DNA of 64,000 nucleotides from Candidatus Thorarchaeota archaeon (GTDB lineage Archaea; Asgardarchaeota; Thorarchaeia; Thorarchaeales; Thorarchaeaceae): NCBI GenBank assembly GCA_029855935.1, contig JAGSHN010000023.1, positions 12,157 to 76,156 of the forward strand, read 5' to 3'. Shown piece by piece: positions 57,868 to 64,000 of this stretch (position 1 is its first letter; each line of letters starts with the position of its first letter). The notes under the pieces were generated by a model. It saw only the letters and a program-made list of their open reading frames with translations, ran no database searches and was not told where the DNA came from. The position numbers and the translations under genes were made by a program.

Positions 57868-58673
57868 AGAGATGCCAATCAGGCATATGTCTACATCACC
57901 TATAAACGTTTACAAGAACGGAACACACCTCACCGCACATTTCACACTCTATGTTCCATCCAAATCATTCAGAGGGCCGCTGTGAATTCGACAGGCCTGG
58001 TCACTATGTCGTATCTTCTGCTCCCCCACCAACGGCACTGGACACGTAGGTGCTATTCCAGATCAACATGCACGCTACGTCAATCTACAGGACTCTTCCG
58101 ACTGATTGCAGAGCCTACGGGTGGAGGGGCAGTAGGCCTGAACATACCAGATTCGAAAGAAACAGTCAGTAGACGCACTCGTAGTTTCCAAAGGTTGGGA
58201 TAATAGCCAAGTTTTCTGAGGCCCAATACAAATTAAGAATGTTATTCCTGATCAAGTTTGAAATTTTCTCGGTGTGATGACCTGAGTGGACGACATGTTC
58301 ACTATTTGCGATTATTGAAATTGACTCAAGAGAGGGGTATGTTTCTAGGAGAGAGAGTACGTAGTCCAAATTCGCATTAAATGTGATGCACTTGAGATGG
58401 TCAGACTCCAATTCGATGAACGCCTTGTCAAAAACATGAGTGAGACTCTTGAATCCAAAATGGATTTCCTCGTTCATCTTAGTACATTCTACCAACTCGA
58501 TTTTGCAAGTCACATACTTGCAAACCAGTACATAATGACTACTGGTTTGCAAGTCAATCATAGCAAATGATATGATCACGCGAGTTCAGCATGGATGAGG
58601 ACCACAGGCGCCGTCAAATAACCACTACAAACATTAAGTAAATAGACAATAACTGTATGTCAGGGAATATCCC

Positions 58674-58970
58674 ATGCTGGACAAGACCAGGGTATTGAAA
58701 AAGATAGAAGATAACATGGATGCCATCAAGAAATTCGGAGTGAGAAAGATTGGCATCTTTAGTTCATATGTTAGGGATGAGCAACAATCAGATAGTGACA
58801 TAGACATTCTCATAGGATTTGAAAAGGGAATGAAGACTTTTGACAACTACATGGACCTCAAGTTTTTCCTTGAGGATCTACTTGGATGCAAAGTGGATCT
58901 TGTGCTTGATGAGGCATTGAAACCAGAACTAAGACCGTATATCATGGAAAGTGTGGAATATGCCTCGTGA
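58674..58970 (+). CDS. Minimal nucleotidyltransferase (MNT/MntA-type antitoxin).
   Basis: GIFSSYVRDEQQSDSDIDILIGF matches the GS-x9-SDIDhhh NTase motif. 98 aa. It overlaps the downstream HepT start. Confidence 0.8.
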   Translation: MLDKTRVLKKIEDNMDAIKKFGVRKIGIFSSYVRDEQQSDSDIDILIGFEKGMKTFDNYMDLKFFLEDLLGCKVDLVLDEALKPELRPYIMESVEYAS

Positions 58971-59301
58971 CTACAGTGCGTACCTCACGGATATCATCAC
59001 GGCCATCGAAAAAATAGAACGATATACAGATGGAATCACGTTCAATCAGTTCAAGAACAATGAACAGATACAGGATGCAGTAGTGAGGAACCTTGAAACT
59101 ATGGGATAGGCCACGAAAAAGATCCCCGATGAGATCAAAGAAACCAACTCTGAAGTGGAATGGCGCATGATTGCTGGATTAAGGGACATACTTATTCATG
59201 CGTATTTTGGAATAGATGTCGAGTTAATATGGAATATAATACAAAATAACATTCCCTCGTTCAAAGCGATTATCATATCTATCAGACACAGTTTGCAGTA
59301 G
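58960..59301 (+). pseudogene. HepT (HEPN/DUF86) toxin gene interrupted by an in-frame TAG at 59107-59109.
   Basis: The ATG at 58960 overlaps the MNT stop. The translation MPRDYSAYLTDIITAIEKIERYTDG...VVRNLETMG is followed by TAG and then [33 protein letters not shown] (Rx4HxY HEPN motif), ending at TAG 59299-59301. The stop replaces the position where HepT usually has E. Confidence 0.65.
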
Positions 59302-59396
59302 TCCTGATCTATGGGGCGTACCCTCTTGTAAGACGAACATCTAGAAGCCACGGTCATCCAAGGGAGCTGATTCTAACACTGGACCATCTTTCACTC

Positions 59397-61253
59397 TCAC
59401 TCACGCCTGAGAAAAATGACTCCAACCGCCACAACGACGACGACTGCTCCTACAGCAAATCCCATGGTGAGTAGGTTGACATCCATCAACGGGGTCGTGT
59501 AGTTTCCTGATGTATGATTTGTCGCTCCGGATGTCGTCGTAGTGCTGATGCTGGTGTTGGGAAGATTCTCTGGCTGAAGGTAGTAGTGTGGATTCCGTAC
59601 CAGTGCTATGTAGTCACCTGCAACATACTTTGAAACCATATAGGGTCCTGATGTCACGAGATCACCCGAGGGCCCAGGGACCGGGTCCCAGAGGTCGATC
59701 TTGTCAGGATTGTACTTGTCAAGCGTTGCCTTCGGAAGAATGGGGGCATTACCTGCATACCAAAGATGGAAGAAGCTTCTGCTGTTGAAGACGACCTTCA
59801 CGGTCTCGTTCGAGATCACCTCTGCCCTGTCCAGATCATTCAGGTGCAGATTGGTGGTGAACCAACTATCAGCGATGAAATTGAAAGACGCTGCCACATC
59901 CTGTGTTGTCACGGGGCTTCCATCCGTCCACACCGAGTCATTGCGAATAGTGAAGACAATAGCCATCTCACCAGGGGAGAGTGAAGGGTCTGCACCGGGC
60001 AGCTGAAACGCCCAGCTCGTGGCAAGCCCCGCATGGACCTCCATGGCATCATCGATCATGAGGAGCCGGTCCCAGATCAGATTGTTGACAACTCCACTCT
60101 GCCCCTTTGACGACTCAATTGGGTTGAACGAGAATATGTCGTTGGCAATCGCTATGTCCAAGTTGTCGGTGTCACTCGCGGTGCTCTCGAAGTATGAATG
60201 CAGAAGACTCCAGCGTGACGTGAGACCTTCTCCAGCATGAGAACTCAGCCCTCCGACATCATTACGGTATGCATGGTTGAAGTAGTTAGTGTAGAGGGGA
60301 ATGATGGGGCATTGTTCAAACAGTATCTGCTGCAACTCAGCGGCATAGGTCGCAGCGTCCGTTTCAGATAGTGTTGCCTTTAGGAGCGCTGCCTTAGAGT
60401 CAAAGGTCGCGTTTGAGAACTGACCAGTCGCCAGGTTGTTCGCAAATCCATCACTCATGAACTCGCATAGAACCAATGGATCAAGCATGTCAAATGACTT
60501 TCCGAGAAAAGCAATCCCGTAGTCATGAGTCACAGATATCCGCGAGGACCAGTCCAATGCATACTCGAGTGTTGAGTGGATGCCCAGCGCATCCAGTTGT
60601 TGTTGAACGTGAGAGAGGATATTGTGGGTAAGAGAACCAGAGGTATCTGCAGAGATTATCTCAATTGAGAAGGCAGTACCGTTCGGAGCCTCTCTGTAGC
60701 CGTCGCTGTTGGTATCGACAAACCCGGCAGAGTCAAGAAGCGATGCAGCAGCAGCCAAGTCGGCATCATAGTAAGTCCGAGCGAAGGTTCCTTCTGCAGT
60801 AAATGGATTGCCGACAGGGAGCACCGCATCGACTGGGTCCGCGCCCCAACTGAACATGTCTGCAATCATAGTCTTATTGACAGCAAGAGCAATCGCTCTT
60901 CTTAGTGCAGGATAGTTGAGCGGCCATGCCTTGCAGTTTAGAGTCAAGTATCCATATCCATTTCTCGGAACACCCACTACACTCACTTCCGAACTGGACG
61001 TGAGCGACGGATATTGGTCGGAGAGTCTGTCATAGATCAGATCAATGCTTCCGTCAAGAATGGCGTTGACACGATTGTTCTCGTTTGAGATCACATGGAA
61101 TACAAACCCACTAACGCCATCTGAGTCAGCGGGTGTAGCATGTACCGATGCTGGTTGAAGGACAACCAAATTGAGCAGTATTAGCGTGGCTAGAAAGAAT
61201 ATCATTTGCCTTCCCATAACTACATCCTCCGACTGTAGTTTGTTACAATCCAC
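59397..61253 (-). CDS. ABC transporter substrate-binding protein, family 5 (peptide/nickel type), with signal peptide and C-terminal TM anchor.
   Basis: Signal MIFFLATLILLNLVVLQPASVHA. The real start is probably the internal M at 61217. The size and internal motifs (PLYTNYFNHAYRNDVGG) are family-5 SBP-like. The C-terminus TMGFAVGAVVVVVAVGVIFLRRE is an archaeal-type anchor. Confidence 0.6.
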   Translation of the reverse strand: MDCNKLQSEDVVMGRQMIFFLATLILLNLVVLQPASVHATPADSDGVSGFVFHVISNENNRVNAILDGSIDLIYDRLSDQYPSLTSSSEVSVVGVPRNGYGYLTLNCKAWPLNYPALRRAIALAVNKTMIADMFSWGADPVDAVLPVGNPFTAEGTFARTYYDADLAAAASLLDSAGFVDTNSDGYREAPNGTAFSIEIISADTSGSLTHNILSHVQQQLDALGIHSTLEYALDWSSRISVTHDYGIAFLGKSFDMLDPLVLCEFMSDGFANNLATGQFSNATFDSKAALLKATLSETDAATYAAELQQILFEQCPIIPLYTNYFNHAYRNDVGGLSSHAGEGLTSRWSLLHSYFESTASDTDNLDIAIANDIFSFNPIESSKGQSGVVNNLIWDRLLMIDDAMEVHAGLATSWAFQLPGADPSLSPGEMAIVFTIRNDSVWTDGSPVTTQDVAASFNFIADSWFTTNLHLNDLDRAEVISNETVKVVFNSRSFFHLWYAGNAPILPKATLDKYNPDKIDLWDPVPGPSGDLVTSGPYMVSKYVAGDYIALVRNPHYYLQPENLPNTSISTTTTSGATNHTSGNYTTPLMDVNLLTMGFAVGAVVVVVAVGVIFLRRE

Positions 61254-61342
61254 TAAAATACCTTCTCAAGAGTTGGAGTAGAACAATGCCAATCCACACT
61301 GACCGGAGGAACTTAACATCAAGAACGAGTTGCGTTAGCCAA

Positions 61343-64000
61343 CTACTTACTACTTTGAAACTTGTACCCGCTCAATCGAGCCACCAGATGAACCCAAGCG
61401 TGCCTTAGACTGTTCCCGCTCCCCAAACAAGAGTCATGTGTTGAACTAAGTGACTCCCTCGACGGGGGCAAACAGAAACAGTATCCCGAAGTGCTCAATG
61501 AGATGATATCTAGTCGAGCAGTGTCCGCGAAATCCTTCCCCGGCTCGACGCCGTTCGCGTCGCCCAAGGAAAGGGACAAGTCGAGTGCCCCGGCTACGGG
61601 ACAGAAAGATCTCAAACTCATGTTTTTGCACACCGGAGTTGCGCGGTCACAATCTGTGGTCTCTTTGCTCCGCTCCAGACCCATAGTTATCACTTGGACT
61701 TGCCCTTGACTTCTCATCAGCAGACTCCATCGCTCTGCATTCCCACTTCGTAGGTGATCCTTCAGTCTGATCATGAAGTGATTCCAAGGCGAGTCCGTTG
61801 ACTTATCACTTCTACCCGTCACTAGGACAACTCTTTCAACCATGGGTCCCAGTTCCAGCCTTGAGCCTTGGGATTCCCAAGCGAACTGAATCATGCTTCG
61901 CGGAATGTCCTTGTTACAGGGGGTTATCGATATGTTCAAGATGCTACGGCCGAACGATGTTTCGTAGAAGTCATCACTACTGGCCTCTCTTGAAACGCAC
62001 CCTGCAAGACTATTGAGAACGTAGACAAGTGCCCCTGGTACGTCCTTTAGACAAACAGAAATGTAGGCGTAGGATTCGCCGGTGGTCACGACACTCGAGC
62101 CGGGCTTCTCAGCCCTTGCCCCTTCTGTCTCTTTCTGTTCTTGTGGCTTGTCGGGCTCTCCCCGACCGCTCAGGACGTCATGCAGCATTGCGAGTAGAGC
62201 CCCAATGTCCTGATCACAGCAACCGTACGAAACCCCGTGCGTCTTGGTCACGGAGAACGACTCGACTACATAGTTACGTTGCACTCTGACATTGCACACA
62301 TCCTTTTGTGATTCGAAGTCTCGTGCTATTGGGCAATGAAGTCGCCCTGTTAGGGCAGTGTCCTTTTTATCCTCGCTACCGGAATGCGATTCAAGCCTGA
62401 GCCGTTCTGGAAGTTCGTCATGAACCACAAGCTTGCCATGGAAAGCAAATGCAGACACAAAGGATGCCGCCATGGCTGGACGAATGAAAACGTAAGGGAT
62501 GATGTTGGTCTTGGTCTTCTTCCTCCTCATGAACTCGGCAAGCAATTTGCGGCATTCGTTTGCCTCAGCTTCCTCTTCAGCCAAGATGACGAGCCGCAAT
62601 GGGCTTTTCGTTTTGCGTTTGAAATGCTCAATCGCAACAATCAGCCAGTTCAATATTCCAAGAGTGTGAAACTCGTCTCCTGAAATCACTATTGCCTTTA
62701 GTTTGCTAAATATCTGTTTGTACAGGGCGATATTGGGTGTTCCCCTATACACACACATTCTCTTTTCCTTATGAGAGTACCGAGACTTCTCTGCACCAAG
62801 GGAGTCTCGGAAGTGAAAGGTAACATATCCTGATGAAATGGATGGGTCGCATATGTGATCCCTGTTCGGCGACAGTAATCTAATATCGCGTGATCGTATC
62901 ATGAAGATATTCGATTTGTTCAAGACGCAATTAAACTTCTGTGCCGCAATAGTTTCAAAGAGATAGAATGCTCGTCTGGTCGACCCGCCGATGATCAAGA
63001 TTTTCATGTTTTCGGGTTTCTTGGACTCGGTCCAACCAACCAAGGCGAGCGAACCAACAAAAGAGCTCATGGTTCGTTCCAGATACAGTGGTATGGCATG
63101 ATACGTACCAGTGGCAACTTCAGTTCCTGAATCGTTCATCTTTTCAAAATTGATACTGTGCACGACGCGATACACACGAGAAGAATCTGTGATGGCTATT
63201 ACAACAGGCCAGGGATAGGTTCCTTTGCTCGAAGCCCTCTTCGACCATATGTTCCTTAGTTCCTTCATCATTGGAAAGACTATCGCCAGCTCCGGTGAGG
63301 TATGAACAATCACTCGTGCATATCTGACTGCTCGACGAACTACGCTACGGTTCTGAATGCTCTCGACGATAGTTGGTACAAGTAGAAGCATTCTCTCCTG
63401 ATCGCTAAGGAGTATTTCGGTCACGCCATACTTCCCTAGTTGAGGGTGGGTCCCAACAAAACTCACTTCTTCTTCGTTGTCATCAATGAAGACCATTCCT
63501 TCGAGGAGATACGTGCTGATGTCTCGTCTCTGCTGCGCTGGAGGTATTCGCCGTAGGGAGATTCCCACCTGGTTGCACCCGACAATGCGATATCCGTAAT
63601 CAATTGCACGCCGCCTCGCTAAGGGCAGAGCCTCATACAGACCCTCACGAATTATGTGAATCGCGAACTGTTTTGCAATACTGCCGCCGCCCAGAACCAG
63701 ATAACTATACGTTGATGAGATCAAGTTATTCAACGTGAGTTTGCCCAAGTAATTGTCCATCTCTTCAGACATTTCAAATGCGGAATAGACGATACCATAG
63801 AACGGTATTGAAATCCCAAGGTCAATGACCAACAGGACCGATGGTTTGACCACAAGACTCCGTATCACCTCATCCTCTTGGAACAGCAATAGTAGGGCAA
63901 GAAAGAAGATCTTCGTTACAAATGCAAAGGTGAGAGTCGTTATCTCACGCAAATGATTGTGGACGAGCACTGCGACGCCAAAGACCGAATTAGTGCCCCT
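61343..64000 (-). CDS. Membrane protein with tandem RCK/TrkA-N NAD-binding-like domains and a large C-terminal domain. It is partial: the N-terminus lies beyond the window end.
   Basis: The frame remains open to position 64000. N-terminal TM helices are TLTFAFVTKIFFLALLLLF and LLVIDLGISIPFYGIVY. The two Rossmann G-loops are LVLGGGSIAKQF and KILIIGGSTRRAF. Confidence 0.55.
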   Translation of the reverse strand, partial: RGTNSVFGVAVLVHNHLREITTLTFAFVTKIFFLALLLLFQEDEVIRSLVVKPSVLLVIDLGISIPFYGIVYSAFEMSEEMDNYLGKLTLNNLISSTYSYLVLGGGSIAKQFAIHIIREGLYEALPLARRRAIDYGYRIVGCNQVGISLRRIPPAQQRRDISTYLLEGMVFIDDNEEEVSFVGTHPQLGKYGVTEILLSDQERMLLLVPTIVESIQNRSVVRRAVRYARVIVHTSPELAIVFPMMKELRNIWSKRASSKGTYPWPVVIAITDSSRVYRVVHSINFEKMNDSGTEVATGTYHAIPLYLERTMSSFVGSLALVGWTESKKPENMKILIIGGSTRRAFYLFETIAAQKFNCVLNKSNIFMIRSRDIRLLSPNRDHICDPSISSGYVTFHFRDSLGAEKSRYSHKEKRMCVYRGTPNIALYKQIFSKLKAIVISGDEFHTLGILNWLIVAIEHFKRKTKSPLRLVILAEEEAEANECRKLLAEFMRRKKTKTNIIPYVFIRPAMAASFVSAFAFHGKLVVHDELPERLRLESHSGSEDKKDTALTGRLHCPIARDFESQKDVCNVRVQRNYVVESFSVTKTHGVSYGCCDQDIGALLAMLHDVLSGRGEPDKPQEQKETEGARAEKPGSSVVTTGESYAYISVCLKDVPGALVYVLNSLAGCVSREASSDDFYETSFGRSILNISITPCNKDIPRSMIQFAWESQGSRLELGPMVERVVLVTGRSDKSTDSPWNHFMIRLKDHLRSGNAERWSLLMRSQGQVQVITMGLERSKETTDCDRATPVCKNMSLRSFCPVAGALDLSLSLGDANGVEPGKDFADTARLDIISLSTSGYCFCLPPSRESLSSTHDSCLGSGNSLRHAWVHLVARLSGYKFQSSK

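Noticed and set aside
59107-59109. TAG in hepT read as pyrrolysine or programmed recoding
   Set aside because: The interrupted position aligns with a conserved Glu (GAG). A single-base nonsense change is more parsimonious, and there is no evidence of Pyl machinery in this window.

Overview
The window is an archaeal-looking chromosomal segment: roughly 50% GC, secreted proteins dense in NxS/T sequons, C-terminal TM anchors on a substrate-binding protein and on giant surface proteins, MNT/HepT modules, a DUF4143-type ATPase, and many genes that must start at GTG/TTG. I recognised no rRNA, tRNA, CRISPR array, integrase or transposase. Layout:
- 1-9.2 kb: cell-surface genes. A secreted SBBP beta-propeller protein runs off the 5' edge. 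A V4R-domain gene is co-oriented with two small membrane-protein genes. A giant propeller/TSP3-repeat surface protein follows.
- 9.6-12.6 kb: two overlapping large unknown genes, one with tandem winged helices.
- 12.6-15.5 kb: a GC-rich ORF-free island with a T12 tract, then low-GC DNA carrying two similar 4-TM small proteins.
- 15.6-23 kb: a fused nucleotidyltransferase-HEPN protein, a membrane-protein pair, a DUF4143 AAA ATPase, a 1.7-kb AT-rich ORF-free gap, and a SAM methyltransferase.
- 25.6-47.7 kb: a dense defence-type island with long non-coding gaps between modules. It holds an HD dNTPase-like gene overlapping a Panacea-domain gene; an AAA_21 ATPase plus small PD-(D/E)xK-like gene; a standalone PD-(D/E)xK nuclease; an OLD-family ATPase-Toprim nuclease directly upstream of an SbcD/Mre11-like phosphoesterase and an SbcC/Rad50-like ATPase whose coiled-coil apex is a predicted transmembrane hairpin; a JAB/MPN protein; a second AAA_21 ATPase plus Toprim-like (DUF4276/RloB-like) pair; a RecB-like nuclease; a possible GIY-YIG protein; a membrane-anchored polysaccharide deacetylase; and a GmrSD (DUF262-DUF1524) type IV restriction enzyme.
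- 48-56.5 kb: an M23-like peptidase, two convergent giant surface proteins paralogous to the one at 6.7 kb, and an S8 subtilisin.
- 57-64 kb: an RHH/PIN (VapBC-like) pair, an MNT/HepT pair whose HepT carries an in-frame TAG, a peptide/nickel ABC substrate-binding protein, and a membrane protein with tandem RCK/TrkA domains running off the 3' edge.
The most novel-looking candidates are the OLD + SbcD-like + membrane-hairpin SbcC-like cluster (32.9-38.1 kb) and the HD-dNTPase/Panacea overlap (25.7-27.4 kb).
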